Positions 1 to 7,807 of a DNA stretch of 41,916 bases are shown one piece after another. Position numbers and translations under genes: made by a program. Every line of letters begins with the position of its first letter. The stretch's first letter is position 1. The notes under the pieces were generated by a model that ran no database searches, had not been told where the DNA came from, and saw nothing but the letters and a program-made list of their open reading frames with translations. Source of the stretch: Gammaproteobacteria bacterium. GTDB lineage: Bacteria > Pseudomonadota > Gammaproteobacteria > Magnimaribacterales > TMED112. Where the stretch lies: the NCBI GenBank assembly GCA_002716745.1, contig PBBW01000005.1, forward strand, positions 48,927 to 90,842, read 5' to 3'.

Positions 1-1127
1 CGAGCATTTCCTTGTTTATAGATCTTAAACACAGTTTCCGCAGCGTTCTCAGCAGAGGGTTCTAGGCCATAAGAAATTGTAATTTCTGCAAGATTTTTTC
101 CTTCAAGGCTGGTATCCCATTTTGCTTCAGATATTACAACATTTTTAGGATCACCACCTCCACGATCAAATAGGATTCTTTCAATGATTTCCTCTTTTAT
201 TTTTGCTCTTATTTCAGAATCCTCTATTCTTTGTAGCAGCATCTCTCTACCACCAGCTTGTGCCCATTGAGGTATAAGTGCGCGTAGACTTGTTTGTGAG
301 GCTGTATAAGGATATTGATCCAGATAAACATCAAAACCTTCATTGACTGCAGCGTCTACCAACTTAAGTGTTTCTTTGGAAAGCCCCCAATTGCTTTTTC
401 CGATAACCTTATGGTGAGTTATCACTGCTGGAAGTTCCGCAAGCTTTCCAATATCAATTGTCTCATTTACAGATTCAATTATCAGTGCTGCTTCATCCCT
501 CATGTGCGAAATATAGATACCTCCATATTTCGATGCTACTTTAGCCAATTCTACTACTTCATTTTTAGTGCTAAAGCTTCCTGGAACATAGAAAAGTCCC
601 GAAGACAACCCTAATGCCCCGTCTTTCATCGCTTGATCAACAATAGAAATCATTTGTTCTAATTCTTGTGTTGTAGGTGCACGATTCTCAAGACCCATTA
701 CTTCCCTTCTAACAGTTCCCTGCCCTACGAAAACTGCCCAGTTGGGAGAAATTTTAGTTGAAGAGATTTTTTCATAATGCTCTCCAATAGGCAGTGGAGA
801 AGAGCCATCATTACCATCAGTTAATGTGGTAACCCCTTGAAACAAAAAAGCTTCAGCAGTAGGCACATCAAAGATTCCTCTTACCGCATGTGTATGCATA
901 TCGATGAAACCTGGAGAAACTATTAGGCCTTTTGCATTAATTATCTTTAAAGCTGAACCTTTTAAATCTCCAACATTAATAATCTTATCGTTTTTAACAC
1001 CCACAGAAGCAAAAATTGGATCTCTGCCAGAACCATCAACCACTTTCCCATTAATAATTAAGACGTCGTACTCTGGCTCGTAGGTGCAGCCAACCAAGAA
1101 AAGGAGAAGTATAAAAAAACTACGCAT
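1..1127 (-). CDS. N-acyl-D-amino-acid deacylase (D-aminoacylase) family amidohydrolase, probable lipoprotein; 3' end runs off the window
   Basis: Not in the ORF track because there is no stop in the window. Manual reverse translation from ATG at 1127 gives MRSFFILLLFLVGC (lipobox)...YDVLIINGKVVDGSG...VSPGFIDMHTH...QGVTT...GALGLSSGLFYVPG...YISHMRDE...HHK...DQYPYTAS, which are D-aminoacylase motifs. Confidence 0.85.
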   Translation of the reverse strand, partial: MRSFFILLLFLVGCTYEPEYDVLIINGKVVDGSGRDPIFASVGVKNDKIINVGDLKGSALKIINAKGLIVSPGFIDMHTHAVRGIFDVPTAEAFLFQGVTTLTDGNDGSSPLPIGEHYEKISSTKISPNWAVFVGQGTVRREVMGLENRAPTTQELEQMISIVDQAMKDGALGLSSGLFYVPGSFSTKNEVVELAKVASKYGGIYISHMRDEAALIIESVNETIDIGKLAELPAVITHHKVIGKSNWGLSKETLKLVDAAVNEGFDVYLDQYPYTASQTSLRALIPQWAQAGGREMLLQRIEDSEIRAKIKEEIIERILFDRGGGDPKNVVISEAKWDTSLEGKNLAEITISYGLEPSAENAAETVFKIYKQGNA

Positions 1128-1156
1128 TACTTAATAGATTATATTAGAATTTAAAC

Positions 1157-2275
1157 ATGAATTTCTGCTTAAAAACTTCAATACTATTTTTACTATTTAT
1201 TTCATATCTTTCAAAAGCATATGAATTTAATTTTAGACAAGTTGGCGGGGAGTTTAATGACCCTTGGAGCTTAGCTTTTTTAGACAATGATAAATTTATT
1301 CTTTCAGAACTTTCTGGGAAACTAAAACTCGTATCTTTAGAGACGGGTGACGTTCTATATGAGATTGAAGGAGTACCTGAGGTTCTTTATGAGGGCCAAG
1401 GTGGATTGTCAGAGATAGTTTTAGATCCAAATTTCCTAGAAAACAAAAAGATTTATATTTCTTATTCAGCCCGAATTGTAGATGATGGGCAAAAGGTCGA
1501 TAAATTATTCAGCCCGAAAAATACATTGTATGTAGCATCAGCTATTCTTCAGGAAAATAGACTAGAAGATTTGAATGTAATTTTCAAAGCAAAAGCTGAA
1601 AGAGAGGCACCTGCTCACTATGGGGGAAAAATTGGTTTCCTATCAGATGGAAGTTTAATTATTACAAGCGGCGATGGCTATAATAACAAAGAAGATGCTC
1701 AGCTACTTGATAATCATTTTGGAAAAATAATTAGAATATATTCGGACGGTTCAATTCCAAATGACAACCCTTTTATAGGCGATACTAATGCATTGCCAGA
1801 AATCTATTCCTATGGCCACAGGAATATGCAAGGTTTGGTAATAAAAGACGACATAATTTATGAGAATGAACATGGTCCAAAGGGTGGCGACGAATTTAAT
1901 ATAGTTGAGCCTGGTAAAAACTATGGTTGGCCTGCAATTTGTTATTGTGTAGATTACAGCGGTGCTCAAATAACACCATTCACGGAACTGGAGGGCATGG
2001 AACAGCCTCTTACTTATTGGAGGCCTTCAATTGCGCCTTCTGGAATGATGCTCTACAGTGGAAAAAAATTTAAAACCTGGAAAAACTCATTTTTTATCTC
2101 CGCTTTATCAGGGAAAATTTTGAGCAGAGTAACTTTAGTTGACAATAAAGTCGAAGAACAAATACTCCTCAAAGATTTTAATGAAAGACTAAGAAATGTT
2201 TATGAGACTCCTGAGGGTAATATTTTAATATTGACTGATGGCCCAGGCGGTAAAATTTTTGAGCTTTCCCCATAA
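1157..2275 (+). CDS. PQQ-dependent sugar dehydrogenase (GSDH/YliI family), secreted
   Basis: Signal peptide; motifs PWSLAFL, GQGGL, HYGGKI, GKIIRI..DGSIPNDNPF, IYSYGHRNMQG, EHGPKGGDE, GKNYGWP, PSIAPSG. Confidence 0.9.
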   Translation: MNFCLKTSILFLLFISYLSKAYEFNFRQVGGEFNDPWSLAFLDNDKFILSELSGKLKLVSLETGDVLYEIEGVPEVLYEGQGGLSEIVLDPNFLENKKIYISYSARIVDDGQKVDKLFSPKNTLYVASAILQENRLEDLNVIFKAKAEREAPAHYGGKIGFLSDGSLIITSGDGYNNKEDAQLLDNHFGKIIRIYSDGSIPNDNPFIGDTNALPEIYSYGHRNMQGLVIKDDIIYENEHGPKGGDEFNIVEPGKNYGWPAICYCVDYSGAQITPFTELEGMEQPLTYWRPSIAPSGMMLYSGKKFKTWKNSFFISALSGKILSRVTLVDNKVEEQILLKDFNERLRNVYETPEGNILILTDGPGGKIFELSP

Positions 2276-2281
2276 ACTTAA

Positions 2282-2803
2282 ATGCGAATAATTCGTTTTT
2301 TAATTTATTTAGTAAGTACAATTGCTGCTGCAAGTTTACTATCCGCACCTATTAGCTCATTCTTTTCATTATATTGGGTAAGTGTAAACGTTAAAATAGT
2401 TTCATTTGACCAGATAATATATACGCTTCTTTCAGATATATTTAATTATGGACCCACACTTTTTTTGATTTACCTGATTGGTTTTTTTTCAGTATTCACG
2501 ATTGCCATTCCAATTTTAAACTACCGTAAGATTCAATCACCAAGTGCTTTTGGATTGATGGGAATTTTTTCAGTTATGCTTTCAATATTTTTAGTCCAAG
2601 AACTCATTGTTGGGACTAAAGTGATAAGTGGTTCTAGAACCTTTCTAGGGTTATTGCTTCACTATTTTGCGGGATATCTGTCAGGATTGTTTTTCCATAG
2701 AATCCGAAGAAAACAGCTGACCAAAAAATTCATTTTAATATTTTCTACCATAGCTGTAATTTTTTTTACTGCTCCCACTATATTGGCATTCACTTTTAGT
2801 TAA
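2282..2803 (+). CDS. Membrane protein with about 5 TM helices, probable partner of the PQQ dehydrogenase
   Basis: 173 aa hydrophobic ORF starting 6 nt after the GSDH stop. Confidence 0.6.
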   Translation: MRIIRFLIYLVSTIAAASLLSAPISSFFSLYWVSVNVKIVSFDQIIYTLLSDIFNYGPTLFLIYLIGFFSVFTIAIPILNYRKIQSPSAFGLMGIFSVMLSIFLVQELIVGTKVISGSRTFLGLLLHYFAGYLSGLFFHRIRRKQLTKKFILIFSTIAVIFFTAPTILAFTFS

Positions 2804-2847
2804 AAAAACCAAATTATTAGGAGTAAATATATGTATAATTCCCTAAT

Positions 2848-3678
2848 ATGCGAATCGCACTTAGCTTATTAGGAATAATTGGTCTTTTAATATTATCTAT
2901 ACCTGCTGGAGTGCACCTTGCAGGTCTGCATCCTAAAAATACCCATGAATTCGACTTTAATTTTAAAGGGCAAAAAGCATTAATAATTGCAACAAATCAT
3001 GGTGTATTAAATAAACCTGGTGAAGAAACTGGCAAAAGGACGGGATTATTTCTGTCCGAGCTATCCATTCCTTATTTTCATTTTATTGAAGCAGGACTGG
3101 ATGTTGAAATAGCGAGCATTGAAGGAGGAGACGTGCCATTAGAGCCAACCCCCTTCTTTATAAAAACACGCGAGGATAATGCTTTTGAATCAAACCCCTT
3201 AACCATGAATAAATTAAAAAATTCAAAAAAAATAGACAATTTAGATTTTACAGAATATTCAATAATTTTTATTTCAGGTGGCTGGGGGGCTTCATATGAT
3301 CTAGGCTACTCAGACTTGTTAGGACAAAAAATTACGGATGCTTACTACAATTCCGATGCTATTCTTGCTGGAATATGTCATGGGGTGTTAGGGTTTATAA
3401 GAGCAATGAAACCGAATGGAGATTTTCTTGTAGCAGGCAGAAAAATGACTGGAGTAACTGATAAGCAAGTAAAAGAACTTGGGATCTCTATAACTCCTAT
3501 GCATCCTGAAACCGAACTAAAGAGGGTTGGTGTGACATTTAAAAGTCAAACAAATTTTAGAGATATCTTTTCAAATTATACGGTAGTTGATGATGAGAAG
3601 AGGTTTGTTACGTCTCAAAATCAGAATGGCGGACATGATATTAGTTATACTATTCTTGAGCTCTTACAGGTTAAATAA
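2848..3678 (+). CDS. DJ-1/PfpI (type 1 glutamine amidotransferase-like) family protein with N-terminal membrane anchor
   Basis: TGLFLSELSIPY (catalytic Glu), SGGWG, GICHG (nucleophile Cys), VTSQN. Confidence 0.85.
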   Translation: MRIALSLLGIIGLLILSIPAGVHLAGLHPKNTHEFDFNFKGQKALIIATNHGVLNKPGEETGKRTGLFLSELSIPYFHFIEAGLDVEIASIEGGDVPLEPTPFFIKTREDNAFESNPLTMNKLKNSKKIDNLDFTEYSIIFISGGWGASYDLGYSDLLGQKITDAYYNSDAILAGICHGVLGFIRAMKPNGDFLVAGRKMTGVTDKQVKELGISITPMHPETELKRVGVTFKSQTNFRDIFSNYTVVDDEKRFVTSQNQNGGHDISYTILELLQVK

Positions 3679-3730
3679 TTAAAAAAAGAATACTAAATTT
3701 TTGATATGAGCATATAATAACTGATTCTTT

Positions 3731-3807
<77 letters not shown>

Positions 3808-3818
3808 TTAGAGTAAAT

Positions 3819-5375
3819 ATGAAAAAATTTATCTTAATTTTTTTTAGTTGGCTAAGTCTCATGGTGTTTTCTCACGATGCCTGGAAAGCCATAAAATTAT
3901 CCGAAGAAATTGCTCATGCTCCATCAGTTCTTCCAGACAGAGTTGTACTTACATGGAACGATAATCCAGCAACTACTCAGTCAGTTTCTTGGCGGACCGA
4001 TACCTCTGTTATTAATGGCTATGCTCAAGTTGGGCTTGCTAATGCGAGTGGCAGGACAATGAAAACCTCAGAATTGAAAGCAGTAACAACACCATTTAAA
4101 AGTGATATTAACGATGCACATTATCACAATGTAAATTTTACAAACCTTAAGCCTAATACTTTATATGCCTACCGAGTTGGTGATGGCGAGAACTGGACAG
4201 AATATTATCATTTCAAAACCGCAAACCTTAAACCAGAACCATTTAGTTTTATTTACTTTGGAGATGCGCAAAATGAAGTCAAAACTCATTGGTCAAGGGT
4301 TTTTAGAGAGGCGTTTCGTGATGCGCCTAGAGCTGCATTTACCTTACATGCTGGCGATCTTGTAGATGAACATTATATGGATGCTCAGTGGGGTGAATGG
4401 CATCAAGCCCCAGATTGGGTTAACGGAACAATACCTGTCATTGCCACACCTGGAAATCATGAATACCTTGATGATTCTCAACGCAAGAGAATTTGGAAAA
4501 CTAAAAAAGAAAAAGAAGTAAAAGTAAAAATAGATGAATACAAACTACATGCTCCGGGTATATTTAAAATTACTGTGGAGGATGAGCTTGACCAGAGAGG
4601 CACTCTATTCATTAAAGAAAGTGGCCAGATTGAATCCATTGATTCTGGAATAGAATTAATAACTGGTTTTTCTCAAGCTGAATTAAAAGATGCATTAATA
4701 TTGGGAGGAGGTGCTCCTCTTTATGATCGTCTTCAAAACCCAACTGGAACACCAATTTTGAGTACCCATTGGCGCCCGCAATTTTCCTTTCCAATACAAG
4801 ACGTGCCAAAAGAAAGCTTAAAAGAAACGGTTTACTACATTGATTATCAAGGTGTAAGATTTATTTCATTAGATTCTAATACTGAGCTTGAGGCACAAAT
4901 CCCTTGGTTACAAAAAGTACTTGAACAGAACTCCAATAAATGGACAATCGTTACGTTTCATCATCCAATGTATTCACCTGCATCAGATCGTGACAATATT
5001 GAGTTAAGACAAGCTTGGAAGCCACTTTTTGATAAATATAAAGTCGACTTAATATTAAGCGGGCATGACCATACTTATTCTAGAACTGGTCTTGTTGATA
5101 CCAAGAATTTAAAGAATGTTCCGACTGGTTATCAGCAGGCTTATGACCCTAACATTGGAACTGTAAATGTTGTCTCTGTGAGTGGTCCTAAAATGTATGA
5201 AATCACTAAAGGTAAATATGCTAAAACTTTTGCAGAGAATAAACAGCTTTACCAAATAATCGATGTAGAAAACGATGCTCTGAGATATAGGGCATTTACA
5301 GCGATAGGCGAGCTATACGATGAATTTGTCCTCAAGAAAGTTGTTGATAAGCCAAATATTCTGATAGAAAAATAA
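3819..5375 (+). CDS. Secreted purple acid phosphatase-like metallophosphoesterase (FN3/PAP-N plus calcineurin-like domain)
   Basis: Signal peptide; LKPNTLYAYRVGDG (FN3-like); metal motifs GDAQ, GDLVD, GNHE, HHP, GHDH. Confidence 0.88.
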   Translation: MKKFILIFFSWLSLMVFSHDAWKAIKLSEEIAHAPSVLPDRVVLTWNDNPATTQSVSWRTDTSVINGYAQVGLANASGRTMKTSELKAVTTPFKSDINDAHYHNVNFTNLKPNTLYAYRVGDGENWTEYYHFKTANLKPEPFSFIYFGDAQNEVKTHWSRVFREAFRDAPRAAFTLHAGDLVDEHYMDAQWGEWHQAPDWVNGTIPVIATPGNHEYLDDSQRKRIWKTKKEKEVKVKIDEYKLHAPGIFKITVEDELDQRGTLFIKESGQIESIDSGIELITGFSQAELKDALILGGGAPLYDRLQNPTGTPILSTHWRPQFSFPIQDVPKESLKETVYYIDYQGVRFISLDSNTELEAQIPWLQKVLEQNSNKWTIVTFHHPMYSPASDRDNIELRQAWKPLFDKYKVDLILSGHDHTYSRTGLVDTKNLKNVPTGYQQAYDPNIGTVNVVSVSGPKMYEITKGKYAKTFAENKQLYQIIDVENDALRYRAFTAIGELYDEFVLKKVVDKPNILIEK

Positions 5376-5441
5376 TCTTTATCTTAGGCTTAATATGTGC
5401 TGCGAATATATCTATCTACATTACTTCTTTATAATTATTTA

Positions 5442-5684
5442 ATGAATAAATACTGGCAAGAAAATCTAAGAATAATATTTGCACTTCTATCGATCTGGTT
5501 TTTGGTTTCCTTTGGATTTGGAATAATTTTTTCTGAGTGGCTTGACCAGTTCAAAATTGGTGGTTTCAAGCTTGGATTTTGGTTTGCTCAGCAAGGCAGT
5601 ATTTTTTTCTTTGTGATACTTATTTTCGTTTATGTCCATCTAATGAATAAATTAGATGAAAAATATAAGGACAAGGAAAAATGA
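5442..5684 (+). CDS. DUF4212 family small membrane subunit of a solute:sodium symporter
   Basis: YWQENLRII...IWFLVSFG...GFKLGFWFAQQGS pattern; overlaps the start of the symporter. ATG 5442 preferred over GTG 5397. Confidence 0.85.
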   Translation: MNKYWQENLRIIFALLSIWFLVSFGFGIIFSEWLDQFKIGGFKLGFWFAQQGSIFFFVILIFVYVHLMNKLDEKYKDKEK

Positions 5685-7429
5685 GCACTCAAGCATTAAC
5701 TTATCTATTTGTTGGAATCACATTTGCTCTTTACATTGGAATTGCATTTTGGAGTAAAGCAAAAGATACGCGTGATTTCTATGTAGCTGGCAAAGGAGTA
5801 AGCCCACTTGCTAATGGTATGGCTACTGCAGCTGATTGGATGTCCGCTGCTTCATTTATTTCAATCGCAGGAATAATTGCTTTTTCAGGTAGAGATGGCT
5901 CCGTTTACTTAATGGGTTGGACGGGAGGTTATGTTTTGCTAGCGCTTTTGCTTGCTCCATATCTAAGAAAATTTGGAAAATATACCGTCCCAGAGTTCAT
6001 AGGCACAAGGTACTACTCCGATCTAGCAAGAATTGTAGCCGTGCTTTGTTTAATTTTTATCTCTTTTACCTATATAGCAGGACAGATGCGCGGCGTCGGG
6101 ATTGTTTTCTCAAGGTTCCTTGAAGTTGATATTAATCTTGGGGTAATCATAGGGATGGTAATAGTTTTCTTCTATGCAGTTATGGGGGGAATGAAAGGTA
6201 TTACTTATACTCAAGTAGCCCAATATTGTGTGTTAATTTTTGCTTATTTAGTTCCTGCAATTTTTATTTCTATTTTAATCACAGGTAATCCTGTTCCACA
6301 GCTTGGTTTTGGAAGCACTGTAAGTGGAAGCTCTGAATACATATTAGATAAATTAGATCGAATTACTGAGGAACTTGGGTTTAATCCATATACTGAGAAT
6401 ACTAAAAGTACATTTGATGTGATCTGTATTACAGCGGCGCTAATGTTTGGAACTGCAGGACTTCCGCATGTAATTGTGAGATTTTTTACAGTACCAAAAG
6501 TTAAAGACGCAAGGAAGTCCGTTGGATATGCTTTAATCTGTATAGCACTTTTATTTACAACCGCTCCTGCTGTAGGTGCATTTGCAAGGGTAAATATTGC
6601 TGACTCCATCCAAGATACAAAATATGTAGAAGCGCCAGAATGGTTTAAAAATTGGGAAAACATAGGTCTAGTTGCTTGGAAAGATAAAAATAATGATGGA
6701 GCAATGCAACTTTATCCAGGAAATGCTTTTGAAGAAATACAGCCTTCCTTTTCAGAAAAAGTGGGGCAGTATGGAGAGAGGGTTGTTACCAACAATATCA
6801 ATGAGGATAGTAAAAATGAACTTTACATTGATAGAGATATTATGGTTCTTGCAAACCCAGAGATTGCTAGCCTGCCACCGTGGGTATTTGCTCTAGTTGC
6901 TGCAGGTGCATTAGCAGCTGCTCTTTCAACTGCAGCAGGATTATTATTAGTAATTTCATCTTCAATTTCACATGATCTTATGAAAAAGACATTCAGACCA
7001 AATATTACAGAGAAACAAGAACTCCTTTATGCAAGAATTGCGGCAAGTGCTGCAATTTTAGTTGCAGGTTATTTTGGCATCAACCCACCAGGATTTGTAG
7101 CTCAAGTTGTTGCTTTGGCATTTGGTCTAGCAGCCTCAACCATATTCCCTGCATTATTAATGGGCATATTTTTTAAAGAGATTAATAAGGAAGGAGCAAT
7201 ACTTGGAATGGTGCTAGGTCTAGTTACGACATTGTCGTACATTATTTATTTTAAGTTTATATTCCCAGAATTAAACAACTCAGAATATTGGTTATTAGGT
7301 ATTTCTCCTGAAGGATTTGGTGTAATTGGGATGCTTGTAAACTTTGCGACTGCCATAATTTGCCTTCAGGTGTTCTCAAAGCCACCTAGCAGTGTGACTA
7401 ATTTGTTAAATTCAATCAGAAAACCCTAG
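5681..7429 (+). CDS. Sodium:solute symporter (ActP/VC_2705-like, probably monocarboxylate uptake)
   Basis: GMATAADWMSAASF, GWTGGY, GGMKGITYTQVAQY, GTAGLPHVIVRFFT, AAALSTAAGLL. Confidence 0.92.
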   Translation: MSTQALTYLFVGITFALYIGIAFWSKAKDTRDFYVAGKGVSPLANGMATAADWMSAASFISIAGIIAFSGRDGSVYLMGWTGGYVLLALLLAPYLRKFGKYTVPEFIGTRYYSDLARIVAVLCLIFISFTYIAGQMRGVGIVFSRFLEVDINLGVIIGMVIVFFYAVMGGMKGITYTQVAQYCVLIFAYLVPAIFISILITGNPVPQLGFGSTVSGSSEYILDKLDRITEELGFNPYTENTKSTFDVICITAALMFGTAGLPHVIVRFFTVPKVKDARKSVGYALICIALLFTTAPAVGAFARVNIADSIQDTKYVEAPEWFKNWENIGLVAWKDKNNDGAMQLYPGNAFEEIQPSFSEKVGQYGERVVTNNINEDSKNELYIDRDIMVLANPEIASLPPWVFALVAAGALAAALSTAAGLLLVISSSISHDLMKKTFRPNITEKQELLYARIAASAAILVAGYFGINPPGFVAQVVALAFGLAASTIFPALLMGIFFKEINKEGAILGMVLGLVTTLSYIIYFKFIFPELNNSEYWLLGISPEGFGVIGMLVNFATAIICLQVFSKPPSSVTNLLNSIRKP

Positions 7430-7458
7430 CTTAAAACATACCTAAGTGCGCTTCATAA

Positions 7459-7486
7459 TTGATTATAATCATAGTTTTGGTATAGT
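7459..7486 (+). promoter_or_regulatory. Putative sigma70 promoter (TTGATT-16 nt-TATAGT, extended TG) overlapped by the perfect palindrome TGATTATAATCA, a possible Fur/Zur-family operator
   Basis: Palindrome 7460-7471; -35 at 7459-7464; TG at 7478-7479; -10 at 7481-7486; ATG 7 nt downstream. Confidence 0.45.
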
Positions 7487-7493
7487 CTGCCTT

Positions 7494-7760
7494 ATGTTTA
7501 ATGCCCAACTAAAACTACTGGTTGCAATTTTCTTTGCTTCAGCCCTTAGCGCAGAGCCGTTGGTACATGATCACCATGATCATGATGAGGCTGTTAAAAT
7601 TGAGTGCCTTGCATGTGAGAATTCTTTTTCATTTGAAATTACTGATACAACTAAAGAAACCTTTAGTCTACCTTTTTCTAATAAAAGCGTATTAATAGAT
7701 CAAAAAATTGAATCAATTGAAGTTCCAATCTCCAATTCTAGAGCGCCTCCTAGAATTTAA
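7494..7760 (+). CDS. Small exported leader protein with His-rich patch, CxxC and C-terminal RAPP arrest motif (DUF2946/CruR/CutF-like)
   Basis: 88 aa from ATG 7494: signal peptide ending ALSA, HDHHDHDE, CLAC, then 41 residues, then RAPP-RI-stop; lies directly upstream of a TonB receptor. Confidence 0.8.
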   Translation: MFNAQLKLLVAIFFASALSAEPLVHDHHDHDEAVKIECLACENSFSFEITDTTKETFSLPFSNKSVLIDQKIESIEVPISNSRAPPRI

Positions 7761-7800
7761 GTTCTTTCACAAAATAATTTAATTTTTTTTAATAGGAGGT
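7745..7800 (+). promoter_or_regulatory. Putative anti-SD/SD pairing controlling translation of the TonB receptor
   Basis: GCCTCCTA (7745-7752, inside the A-P-P-R codons) can pair with TAGGAGGT (7793-7800, the receptor SD): 7 Watson-Crick pairs plus 1 G-U. Confidence 0.55.
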
Positions 7801-7807
7801 AATCAAA

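Noticed and set aside
315-614. 99-aa + strand ORF
   Set aside because: Antisense shadow of the D-aminoacylase gene on the minus strand.
6244-6663. 139-aa antisense ORF, and similar short overlapping ORFs (e.g. 18807-19130, 24495-24818, 35566-35904)
   Set aside because: They lie opposite well-supported genes and show no recognisable motifs.
7446-7493. GTG-initiated N-terminal extension of the RAPP leader
   Set aside because: It overlaps the predicted promoter, and ATG 7494 gives a cleaner signal peptide.
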